Shown in pieces: positions 14,001 to 25,892 of a stretch of DNA of 64,000 nt. Every line of letters begins with the position of its first letter. Positions within the stretch are counted from its first letter, which is position 1. A program made the position numbers and the translations under genes. The DNA lies in assembly GCA_045837725.1 (NCBI GenBank), contig JBEWZL010000006.1:62001-126000 (forward strand). The letters are read 5' to 3'. The notes under the pieces are model-generated. The model did no database searches, was not told the origin of the DNA, and was given only the letters and a program-made list of their open reading frames with translations. The DNA is from Vermamoeba vermiformis. Lineage: Eukaryota.

Positions 14001-17000
14001 CCTGAAAAGAAGGCAGAACCTCCGTTTAATGGATATATGATTTATAAGCAATAAGATAATATATTGATCTATAAGGGTACTTACTAAGCAGAAAACTTGG
14101 CGCGGATATTCTGGATCAGCTTCACGCGTTAAAATATCCCGCAGCGGAGGTAAGATGCTAAAATTAAGTGAGTCAATCTTTCGAAAGTTAATTAAAACTG
14201 ATCGATGAGGCTATAATAGTAAAGTATAATTATTCCGATCGTAAAATTAGCCTTTTTTGTCCTGGATGTGGTACCAGAGTAAAATTTAATTCTGAAGCTA
14301 TTTTTAAGTGAGGCAAATGGTAGATATGGACTTACTTAGTTCCGATAAGATTAGATTGAATATTTAGCACATGATTAGTAGCAGTATTAAGGCTGCGATC
14401 GTCGAAGAAAACACTGGATGGGAACAACTTTTCGTAGGTGTCGCCAAATCCAACAACTAAACGCACATAATTAGCATTTGTATAGCATATTTAAATGTAA
14501 TATAATATATATGAACAATAATTGAGCCTATTAATGGATGTAAATCGATTTTAAGGATGATCCGCAATTTTTTAAATTTCATGAAACAAGAGGTCGGATC
14601 TAATCTCTGTAAAGTCTAATATTACAATATATGCGTATTATAGTACTTACTATTGAACTTTGTACCGACTGGCAAACTTCTCAAGAAGATCTGCAGGGCG
14701 TTTTTCGTTTGATTCATTCTACTGCCAGCCATACTTCCAGATCTGAATAAAAGTTAAAATATGTATCGTAAAGTAATTATAAGGCCACATGAGAGTTATG
14801 AACTAGCCCACTTAATATATTGAAATGCTTTTTGAGAGCGTTTAGAAATAAAGTCAAATCCGTGTTCAATTTCAGCTTAAAGATCCAAAGCCGTATTAAT
14901 AGCAGTGGATAATATTAATATGTACTTAAAATCTGTAAGAAGTTATAACGCTTACCTATCAACAAGGAAGATGATTTCGCAAACCGGATCGTCTTGGATT
15001 TCGACTTTAGGGAACAAAGAGACTGTAACAGCATCTTGCTTCACTCGCTTCTCTTCGCGCTCAATTTCAGCAGCAGGTCGTTTTTTCTCCGCATTAGCAT
15101 CGGTGCTCTGCGCTGACTTGTACTTCTCGATAGTCACCATGGGCGCATGCGGATTCGCAAGTTTGATTAAGATGACCATTGCACGGCCTCGTTGTTCTTG
15201 ATTAGGCTTCAAGTCAAGTGTACCCTAGTAATATAAAGTATTACTATCAATTACTAACTAAGCACTAAGGTGCGTGTAACGGATCATAAAACTCGCTAGA
15301 ATTGAATTTTAGAACGATTGGCGTCATTAATTAATACCAACCAAGCCAGTCATTATAATAAGCATATAGTAGGAATAGGCAATTAGATTTAACGTACCTT
15401 TTTGCCGTCGAGTTTGACCTCGATCTGGTGCGTAGGTGAAGTAATTTCAACGAGGTCGTGGTTCATTTCGAGATCCAAGTGCACATTCAAACCACTCAGC
15501 GCAGCACTGCCTTCAATTTGTTGGTCTTTGGCGCCACTCTTGCTGTACACTTTGGTACGAGTTGCTGGCAAGACTAAACGCAGTGAATCACCTAAGAGAC
15601 CAAATTAATGTTATATAATACTCATATTAACTATATTAAGCACTATAAGATGCGAGAAACTAAATTTAACATTTTAGAATCTAGATCCGCTAAAGAGAAA
15701 TTTCAATTGAACTCTCTTTAATATCGTAATAGAGGACCATTATCGTTATGTATTAACATACCTTCGGTATCCAATTCGGTTAAGTAATAAATGCGCAGCG
15801 TTGCTTCTTTGCCAGGTGGTAAGTTTCCGACATTGATCCGGTACACATCGTCTCTCGTCTTGTCTTTTTCAAGCAAATATGCTCCGTGGCCAGAAGCAAT
15901 GGTCTATCATATAAATAGAAAGTATCAGCCATAAATACTACCAGTATTAAAAGTTTGAGATCGCATCCGGTAAAGTAATAGCGAGTAATATCTTGAATAA
16001 AATTATTGCGATCATCATGGCAATAAATAGAATACATACGTCATCATATTCCTCCAGAGCCTTTTGTTTGCTCTTTATTTTGCCTTTGTAGATTTTGCCG
16101 TCAACTTCTACGTCAAAACCATGTAGCGCACTGTCGTATTGTTGGAATTGAAATCTAAGAATTAAATTAGCTAATGTGCATAATAATGGAACGTTACACT
16201 AGCAAAAATTTTATATAGGATCGAAGCGTAAGCTAAAATTTGAAAACGTAACAGTATTATTATAGTAAATGAGCTTTGGTAGTGTTTTAAATGCGATATG
16301 ATGTGCGTTCGAACTCTCATTATATTATATAAAGATATGAGGTACTTACACAGCTTCAATAGGATTCTTGCCATCATTTACAAATCGTTGTGCCAATTCG
16401 ATGTTAGCCACAAAGTTCAGTACTTGAGCCTTAACACTGACTCCTAAAAAATGAATGGTGTGTTTAGTAAATATAAGTACGATCTGGTACTCTTATGCTG
16501 TTGTTGCGTGTTTGAACGCGGATTTGACAAAAAAAGAAAAGTCGATTATTTAAGATTGATAAGGAAAATCAAATTAACCAAATATTATTATAATCATATT
16601 TGATGCTATTAGAGCATACCTTGAAGCGGCAAAGGCTTATCTATGGCTTGAGACGGATACAAAGCAGGAGCAACTTCGAGTGGCTCAGGCTCTTCTGCAG
16701 GCTCTTCCTGCTCTATCAGCATTACATCTTCCTAATAAAATTAATATATTAATAATTTTGATGGTCTTTTAATCGAGTTTTCTCGTGCGTTCTGGATCGT
16801 AGGTAACTTGCACAACATTGTAATTCATTGAATTTTTGACACTTATGACGACGAATAATAAATATTCAATAATATAGGAAAGTAGGGTATTATAAGGCGT
16901 TAATTACCTGGATTGGTGGAGGCGGTTGGAAAACAGATGGATGTAAGTCTTCAGGCGGAAGAGCTCCACTATCAAAATAATTGCTCAATGCAAGCTACGA

Positions 17001-17238
17001 TAAATATATTAGTGGACTTGATCGTGATGAAATAATAATTATTAAATTTCAAAGCCAGATCTGAGTATCAATTTAAAATTCTCTTTTTTGAGGCAGAAGA
17101 GCAAGCTCGCAAATATTACGTAGTATTTATAGTATATACCTCTAGGTTACCATGAGCATCGTTTATGAATTTTTTACATTTAGCTTGATCATTAAGGCCA
17201 GTAATAGCCTGGAAAGATGCGATCAATTCAGCCGACAT
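11042..17238 (-). CDS. UBA-like + VIT + vWA protein (VWA5A-like), multi-exon, with an embedded AGC-kinase-tail motif; +1 frame disruption near 11175
   Basis: VIT (FVNDGKNPIEAVFQF...DAIASGHGAYLLE...INVGNLPPG); vWA (EIIFLVDRSGSM, TDGEV..TEEV, RVFTFGIGADAS); C-terminal WATAIALSFL...DEWDLIGGKAKKYL, the last part in the +1 frame. Confidence 0.88.
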
Positions 17239-17653
17239 CTTTCACGTGTATTTACAATAAATATAATACAGATGAGTTGTGTGTGTGATGGTGTAATAAA
17301 TAATAGAAATGAAACTGTTTGAGATTTTTCTGTTTAGTTTGACCCAGGTCCAAATTTAGTAAACAGCCCTGCTTGACGGATCAAAGAACACAAACTTACG
17401 TCAGGTTCGTTTTTTCATTACCTACGCAATATAGCACAAACAAACATAAAGCTGAGTGCTTTAATTTGCATTACGAGCTTAAAGTCCGATTTTCTGACAG
17501 ATTAACTCGTTCACGAAAGTAAGATTGATTTTGGCACTTTCCTATTATTAATTAATTAAGGTGGTCCATTGCCGTTTGTCTAAATTTAATTTTTAAAGGT
17601 CCAGAACAGCGTTAATTTTCGTTGGAAGAATCTTTTAATTTCAGTTTATTGAA

Positions 17654-20637
17654 ATGGCCACGCAATCAACACAACAAGGCACGCATATTTATGATATTGC
17701 TATAATCGGCACGGGCATCGTTGGTAAGTGCTTATTTATGAGGCAAATTCAAGTGGATTTGCGACTGTCCAGAAAATAATGCCTCTGCTTAATTCAATCG
17801 GCGTATTAATTAATAAATATTATAGGATGCTCCGTGGCACGAGAATTAACGCTTGGATTTTCCGTTGCAAAGCGAGGAATGAAGATAATCAAAGATAATA
17901 GAGGGCGGATTTACCGAACCGGTGGATGTGTGATTTTAGAGAAATCAACAGACGTGGTGCGTAATATTAATTACAAGAACATTTATCATTTAATAATTTC
18001 AAATCATTAAAGTAATTTACCGTTGCGAACTTCAATTTCGGGCTGATTTTCGTAGTCCGAAACACTTGCAAATTAATTCGCGGCAAAATAGCTATTTTTT
18101 ATTTAATTTATTCAATATTAATGCTAATATTAGGTCGTTGGTGCCTCGCGCGGCAACAGCGGTATACTTCACACTGGATTTGATGCCACTCCTGATACAC
18201 TCGAATCGTCGCTAATACGAGTAGGATATAGGTAATTTTAAATATCATTAAATGATATTACATTGCTATTAATTTACGGAGGCTGGGCGAAAAATTATAA
18301 ATAAAAAATGTAATTTTTCCATATTAGGAAATTCCTGAAGTTAGCTTCAACGCCGCGTTCAAATTTAAAATGCAAGCAGACTGGAGCACTTATGGTCGCA
18401 TGGCACGAAGAGGACTTTAAAAAATTTCCACAAATATTAGAGAAGGCCAAAAAGAACGGTGTAAACGACGTTATTCAACTTACAAAAGAAGAGCTATTGC
18501 AACGCGAGCCTAGTTTATCACAAAAGGCGTTGGGAGCTCTATTTGTCCCTGGTAATTTATATCTATTGGATGCGCCTTTCGAATTTTTTAGCTAATATTT
18601 CTTGATCTGCAGGCGAATGCGTTAGTGACACGTGGTTGCCGTGCATATCTTATTTATATCAAGCTATTAATAATGGCGCCAAAGTAAGTTCCAAATCCCT
18701 CTGCAAAAATTGGCGGATGTGCCGTTCAGATTTGCCTTAAGGACTCAGAAGAACCAAGAGACTAGGCTCTTTTGAATAACTGCTATATTATATTCATATA
18801 TGCAAATATTTTTGCTCGATGTTTGAGCGTTTCTAATCATTCTAACAATATTTTTTGTGTGCAGTTGCTGACCGGTTTTGAAGCCAATGGTGGTCGCTTA
18901 GTGCAAGTGAACAGCGAGCTCTCTTACTGGGAAATTTCATCGCCTACTGGCCGCACTGTCCGGGCACGTGTGGTGGTTAATTGTGCCGGCAACTATGGTG
19001 ATATCGTTGAGACCAAAGTACGACACGTCGCGAGGCATCGGTTCAAGATTACACCCAGAAAAGGTAAGCGCTCATATCTAAAATATCCATACAAGTATGG
19101 TATTTAAGTTTTTGTGTGGATTACATGCCCCATTTGTCTTTAAGTTTTAAGGTTTTTATACCGGTTTTGAAAAAAATTCACAGATCGGTCAAATGAACGC
19201 GCTTCACAATTTTTATCTTATTAATAAGACAATATACATATAATACATATATTAAATATCTTTTGTGAGCCGTTGAAAAGACAACTAGAATCCGGAACTT
19301 TCGGAAAGTTTTTTTACTAATTGGTGCCAAATTGGTTAATAATGTTTTTCACATGCCTCGATTTGATTAATCAATTAATTTTCCATTAACTACATTAAAA
19401 AAAAACCGGATGATCGCAGCTCGTGTTTGGAACCGGATCGGCCCCGTAAGGAGACGTCCGATGCCGCTAGCTAGGGATCGAACCTAGAACCTTAAGATTA
19501 AAAGTCTTATTCTCTACCAATTGAGTTTCAAGCGAAGTAACACAAAGCACATGCATCCGCAACCTTTTCTACAATTTTTCACAAGCATTTATTTTGGCCA
19601 AAACATGCCGTTGAAATTTGTTCTGGGACATTAGAAAGGCACTCTAAGCCTCATCTTATTACTTGAAAATATCCGGAGTGCTAACGGGGTAGTCTCCGTT
19701 CACCTAACAACGGTCGCAAAATTTCGATTACGAAATCTACTGCGAACTCGATCTATTCCAAAAAACTTCGATAATGCATAGGAAAGACTCTAATTATGTA
19801 ATTCATAGGACAATTCGTGGTTATGAACAAAGTGCACGAGCACAAAGGCTTGCAATTGTCATCAATTCTTGCGCCAGTACCAACAGATCGAACGAAAGGA
19901 ATTCTCATTTATCCGTCATACTACGGTCACTTAGTTATAGGACCTACTGCTGAGGACCAAACGGACCGCGAAGTTGCTTCTGTTGATAAGGTACGTAATT
20001 CGGAACTTTAGATCGGCCTTTAAGATTTAGTTTTTTCTAGCTTATTAATAATATTATTATATAGGAGGTTATTCATAGGTTGTTGGCGAGGGGTAAAAAA
20101 ACTTTGCCAGGATTAGATCTGAACTTGATTATTGGCACTTACGCTGGATTGCGACCTGCTACTCAGTTTAAAGACTACGTCATTGAAGCAGATAAAAACG
20201 ATCAGTGGGTCACTGTTGCAGGCATTAGGTACATAATAATATAGTAATATACTATTTATAGCGAATTTATTAGGTTTTAAAAGTTTTTTGATGGATGCGA
20301 TACTCGATGTTGTCGCACATAGCACTCTGACTCATGATATCTTTATAGGTCAACGGGGTTCACTTCATCACTAGGCATCGCAGCACACGTGCTTGAAATG
20401 TGTCACGAAAGATTTCCATTTTTGGAATTGCCGCTCGAGGTTCCTGAAGATGATGAGATCCAGTTTCAAGGTTGGCCCGCTGAAGTGATTCAAAACACTC
20501 GTGAGAACTATGTGACAGTTAATGGCAAGCATAGACATCGTGTTACTCATCCTTTGACTATTATTGGAGGTGAAATCGTTAACAGTACTCAGATGCGATT
20601 GCGACCAAAAATCGCTCCGATAACCTCAAAATTGTAA
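17654..20637 (+). CDS. FAD-dependent oxidoreductase (GlpA / L-2-hydroxyglutarate oxidase-like DAO family) ending in SKL
   Basis: YDIAIIGTGIVGCSVAREL, GASRGNSGILHTGFDA, VVNCAGNYGD, PRKGQF, TKGIL...GHLVIGPTAED, YAGLRPA, AGIRSTGFTSSLGIA; C-terminus ITSKL*. Confidence 0.88.
19463..19535 (-). tRNA. Degenerate tRNA-Lys(UUU)-like gene or pseudogene, antisense within an intron
   Basis: Anticodon arm TAAGA-CTTTTAA-TCTTA, T arm CTAGG-TTCGATC-CCTAG, D loop AATTGGTA. Defects: A instead of U8, A10/A25 mismatch, T-T mismatch in the acceptor stem. Confidence 0.7.
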
Positions 20638-20713
20638 ATATAGATGTTAAACTGTGTTATTTATTTAAAATAAGAGTTTTAAACGAAAGTAAAACAATAG
20701 TTAAGACGAATTA

Positions 20714-21735
20714 TGGTAAAACGACAGCGCAGGGGGAAAAGTATTAATGTAAGGCATATAATAGTAGAAATAGTAGATATAACTTTATATTGTAGTTATT
20801 AGTAAGTGCTATACCTCAAAGTGTTAAAATCAGATCAGAAATAAAATTAACTTATTTTATCTCAGATCTGACATGTCAGCACCACAAATGCACAAAAAAG
20901 AGATGCATAAATATAATATCAAATGGAATGATTTTATTTGTAAGATGCTCATGATGCAGATGATTAGAAAATTTATTTATTATTCAAATAATAAAATTAG
21001 TAATAATTATTATAATAATTTATAATTGAGCATACATATTAAAGCCTTCATATAATTTTATTAATATATAAATTAATTTAATAATAAATAATTTTTTAAT
21101 TTTATTATTTTATTTACATAATGGGACACTTTGCTTGGTTCAATCTCTCACCACAATGGCAACAACTCTCACTGTAATGGTGACAGCTCTCTCACCGCAA
21201 TGGTGACGACTCCCTCGCCGCAATGGTGACGACTCTCTCACCGTAATGGTGATGGCTCTCTCACCGCAATGGTGACGACTCTCTCGCCATAATGGTGATG
21301 GCTCTCTCACCATAATGGTGACGACTCCCTCGCCGTAATGGTGACGACTCTCTCACCGTAATGGTGATGACTCCCTCGCCGTAATGGTGACGACTCCCTC
21401 GCCGTAATGGTGACGACTCTCTCACCGTAATGGTGACGACTCCCTCACTGCAATAGTGACAACCCTCACTGTAATGGTGATAACTCTATCACTGCACTGG
21501 TGACCTCTCACTGTAATGGTGACTTTACTTGACTGAGTGCCCTTGCTACCCCACTAGCAATAAGAAAGAGTGAGAGGTGACTCCACTCAAGGTCTAGCAC
21601 CCTACAGCTTAGTGTCAGTGCTAGTTCCTCACTTAATCTTATTGATTACCAGATATCCCATTGTTAATTTGCCAATAAACTTGTATATATATTTCAGTAT
21701 AAAACTTTTTCCCTCCATGCGCTGTCGTTTTACCA
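20714..21735. mobile_element. Non-autonomous TIR DNA transposon (MITE-like, ~1.02 kb), probable TA target-site duplication
   Basis: TTATGGTAAAACGACAGCGCA (20711-20731) is the exact reverse complement of TGCGCTGTCGTTTTACCATAA (21718-21738) and extends imperfectly inward (GGGGGAAAAGT / ACTTTTTCCCTCC); TA on both sides; no transposase ORF. Confidence 0.8.
21145..21523. repeat. Minisatellite, ~17 copies of a ~23-bp unit CTCYCTCRCCGTAATGGTGACGA
   Basis: Tandem copies directly visible; each has an internal inverted repeat TCACC-N5-GGTGA; edge units are degenerate. Confidence 0.95.
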
Positions 21736-21861
21736 TAAAATGTGTTAGTTTACGTCCTAAAGCGAAGTCGAACAGTTACTTTCAATCCGGATGTGGCTCC
21801 CTTTCTTTAAGAATACACCACTTATTTGCTTTCTATGAACATTCCATAAGTTTATAAATAT

Positions 21862-23342
21862 TTACAAGCCAAACACAGCCGTAATAGCTGAATGTAATGA
21901 ACACACGACTTTAGCTTTGCCTTCGCTTCCTGCGCCTGCAGCTACATAGATCGGGATAAAATGTTCTGTGCGAGGATGAGCCTTGCGGAAGAACGGGTGT
22001 TTAGTGACAGCAACGAGAGCCTTATTTCTTTCTTCGACCTAAGAGGAGAAATTTCGTTAGATCAACTCCAGTACGTGATGAAAAGAAAAGTTTGCTCGTT
22101 ATACTATACTATACTATTATATAATACGTATAGTACATAAGTCGCGCATAGATAATGAATACTTACGCTATTAGTATTGTCGATGCTTTCTTTAATTTGA
22201 GTTTCAAAGTCCTTGTAGCCTTGCGCAGCGGTATCAGGATTCCAAGCAGACCAGTCTTGGAATGTGTGGATAGTAAGACCACCAGAAATGATCAATATAC
22301 CCTCGCTCCTATTGTTGGAAGCATTGTTAGTTAATGAGTAGAGATCCCGCTTAAAATTTTCAATCCATTGAAGGAGAATTGTAAGAAATTATAGAATATG
22401 AGCCTATTATAATTACGTACCTTAGGGAGTCAAGAGCTTTGCCAATAGCAATATGACGTTCAGGATCCAAGCCTTCGTCGATCGAGACTTCAACCAGAGG
22501 AATTTCTAAGGGGTCAGGGAACATAATCTTGAAGGGAATAAATACACCATGATCAAGACCTCGTTGATTCTTGCTAGTCTTGGCTGGAATATTGCTCTAT
22601 AAAAAAAGTTAGTACTCATGCTCGTAAAATAAACGGATGTGGCACAAAGCAGGGATTTAATTGTGTTATCATGGGATAGTAGGTACCTTTTTGAACAATC
22701 CGACGATTTTCTCGGCTAATTCGTGCGAGCCTCTGCTCTTCCAAGTGATCTCGTACATTTCTTTAGGGAATCCGTAGTAGTCGTAGTATAATTCATTTTC
22801 ATCATTGCTCATGACTATAAAAATATGTTTTGTTAGTAAAAACATCTTATTTATGCTTTGAATTTGTGGAATAACGTGGATTTGTTAAATTGCTTACCTT
22901 CGATGGTGCCACGAGTCTCCCAATGCGCTGAAAATACGACAATAGCCTTAGGTTTGTACTTTTTCAACAAGAAAGGGCCAAATTGCTTCAAAAATTGGGC
23001 GTGCAAGCCTCGGGGACCTCCGATCGAGCTTAGCGAAGCCATTCTTTTATCTTCCTTTTCAGGTGAAAGAAGCATCGGCGCTAAAAAATTAACCATATTA
23101 ATATTCCAGTAATGTAATTAAGGAGTCATTGATGCTGTTCAATTCCAGTTCGAAATCCGCTGCAAGAAACGATTTAAAAAAAAATTCGATTGATCGCGAG
23201 TAAATTATGATCGTATTTGTAATATTAATTACGCAAGTTACTTACATCCATGAGCTAAGAAGATTGCGGGTAATTTGTCGACTGGATCTGGCAAGCTTTT
23301 CAGTTGCTCGGTCCATTGTTGCGGAGTTTGTTGATGTTCCAT
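21862..23342 (-). CDS. Extradiol ring-cleavage dioxygenase, LigB / 4,5-DOPA dioxygenase family
   Basis: LPAIFLAHGSPML, PKAIVVFSAHWET, LIYDYYGFPKEMYEITW, RGLDHGVFIPF, IISGGLTIH, AHPRTEHFIPIYVAAGAG. Confidence 0.92.
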
Positions 23343-24016
23343 TGTGTATGTGTTGTCTATAGTACTCTATAAAATTAGAATTAATTGCTGACGTCCTTTT
23401 TGTTGACCAGGTTCTTTCCTTAAAAGGAAACTTCCTGAAGATGAAAGAAGGAACGGAACCTGGTTCAATCTTCTTCACGTGGTTTGAAATTTCACGTTTG
23501 TTCCGAAGGTTTGAGGCTTCGTACTATTTTTGTACAACCGAAGAAAAATAATAAAGCTTCGGTAATGAAGAAATGCCTCGTTCGGCTTCGGAAACTCGAT
23601 CTCCCGAAAATTTGCGTAGTTTGAAATATCATTCATGAAATATTTACCGATGCGTTCGCGTTTATTGAGCTAGTGTATTTTGCTGAGTTTTTGGGACGGA
23701 TCTGGTTCCAATCTACTTTCAAAACAACGGCAATAAGCAAGCAGCACAGAGCTAAAATAAATAACATTTTTTTTGACATTTGTGGTCATCTATTTGTTCA
23801 CTATTAGCGAAATAAAATTACTCCGAGTCCGCAGAAGTAAAACTTCGGATTCTGCTATCAGAAACTTACTAATAACGCGAGTCCTTCGAGGCTTTACAGT
23901 CACTGATGTAAATAACTTAATGGGTGTATTGACTAATCGTCCTAACATTGGATCTGACCTGCAAGGTCAAAATTGAAATGATTGATTAATTTTTTGATTT
24001 TTGACCAGCAAACAAC

Positions 24017-24876
24017 ATGTTGAGAGGATTTACTCGTGCTATTGCTGCTACTACGACTAAGCGCACTACTACTACCAGTGTTAAGGCTGGTTTGTTCGCG
24101 AGAAAGAATCATTCAGCTGCAGCAAACAGCGTAAGCACATCTGTCACAAAATTATTCAAATAATTATTTTATTATTATATTTGATTATGCGGACCTAGAA
24201 TTAATAGTAGAAATTATTTAGGTATTTTCTAAAATTAAATTGGGCCGATTGAACCATGTTGCTATTGCAGTTCCGGATCTCAACAAAGCCGTTTCATTTT
24301 ATCGTGATATATTAGGCGCTAGTGTTAGTGAGGCCAAGGTAATTAATACTATCAATAATAATCTGCTTTCTAAACGGTAATATTTTTTCTGAACTAATTT
24401 CATGAAACGTCGTCCAGGATCAAGTCGAACACGGCGTTACTACTGTATTCGTTAAGCTCGATAATACCAACATTGAATTATTATTGCCTTTGGGCGAGAA
24501 GAGCCCGATTGGCAACTTTTTGAAAAAGAAACCCGATGGCGGAGTTCACCACGTTTGCCTTGAGGTAATTAATCAAAATTTAGCAATTTAATTATATTTA
24601 CTAATTATATATTCCTATATGATGTTATTAAAAAATTATTACTTTTGGCCATTTTACGTAAGATTTTTTTCGTTGCGGATGTGGTACTTCTTCAGCTTGT
24701 TTTTGACTTACTTTGCAAATTAGGTCGATGATATTTATGCCAGTGTTGACGAGCTGAAGGGTCGAGGCATTACACCGATCGATCCCAAGCCTAAGATCGG
24801 TGCTCACGGTAAACCAGTCGTGTTTTTGCACCCTCGCGATTGCAACGGAGTGTTGGTCGAATTGGAGCAGAAATAA
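24017..24876 (+). CDS. MCEE: Methylmalonyl-CoA epimerase, mitochondrial
   Basis: Arg/Thr-rich presequence; LGRLNHVAIAVPDL, EHGVTTVFVKLDNTNIELL, GGVHHVCLEVDDI, KIGAHGKPVVFLHPRDCNGVLVELEQ. Confidence 0.95.
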
Positions 24877-25079
24877 CAGTAACTATTGCATTGTTTATAA
24901 TAAATAGGTTGGCCTATCCCTGGTGCCTAGGCATCGTTTTATATTATTGGATCGAAGAAATCAAAATGAAGATCCGCAATCTTGTTTTGGATGCGGTACC
25001 AAGATCTTCAATCCTTTCGGAATTCAAACAGTATCTAAAATACAGAGACTTAATCTTATCGATATCATTTATTAATTTG

Positions 25080-25819
25080 CTAAAGTAGCGTACGGCCACT
25101 TGTCGCCACTGTGGTAACCAATACATTCATACATAGCGCCATTACCACAAACGTCCACATCCACAGTTGAGGATACCTTGCAGTTGCTGCAGTTAGGGTC
25201 GGAGCACGAGTAAGTGTAGATAGTCTCGCCAGGAGCGTCACATTTTTATAAGAAAAGTTGAATATTCCAGTGCACATCAGAGGAGTCTCGTAGTACGCGG
25301 CATACGGTCTGAAAATATTAGTTTAAAATTAGCGGCGCTCGTGTACTTTTGCCACTATTATAACTATGAGGGATAATACTGTTGGCAAGCGTCGTCGTTG
25401 TAAAAAGTAGTTCCAATCCACCGTTTACTAGACACGTCAACTTCACTCGATCACAAACTATCATGGTGCACTGCCCGTTTTCAGCAGTGCGACCAGGCGT
25501 ACAAGTTTCCGTGCGATTAACGTCCACAGTGCGTAGTATGCAGTCATACTGGCATTGTTTGTAGGAGCTGGGGACCAGATTCGTTTGGAGGCGCCCGTCA
25601 GCGGTGTACGTCACGGTAATGTGGTTCCATCCATCTGGTGCTTGCAGATCGCGAGTTGGACAATTAGACCAACAAACAAGATAGTTCCAGCGAGTAACTT
25701 TAAGTTAACACCGTACTCATTTGCAGCACGCCACGCGCCATTAGTATTTACCAAAGAACGAAGTTTGGATAAGATTTGAAAGTTGTTTTTTTAAAAATGT
25801 AAATTTTGATTTCATTCAT
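25080..25819 (-). CDS. Hypothetical Cys-rich protein with hydrophobic C-terminus (GPI-like); N-terminus uncertain
   Basis: ORFs 25318-25614 and 25080-25277 can be joined by GT-AG introns; many Cys; C-terminal LWMWTFVVMALCMNVLVTTVA. Confidence 0.4.
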
Positions 25820-25892
25820 ACAATAAGAGCTAATCCTATTGTATTAAAAACGAGTACTATACAAAATTGAAATAAAGGTGATATACATTCGG

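Noticed and set aside
17023-17064. GTGATGA...CTGA C/D-box-like pair in a vWA intron
   Set aside because: Only ~40 nt, AT-rich interior, no terminal stem or evident rRNA guide
21145-21523. CRISPR-like array of palindromic repeats
   Set aside because: Units are directly adjacent with no unique spacers, no cas genes are present and the context is eukaryotic; it is a minisatellite
21594-21625. Helitron 3' end (CTAGCAC...GTGCTAG-T)
   Set aside because: Lies inside an element better explained by terminal inverted repeats; no matching Helitron 5' end identified
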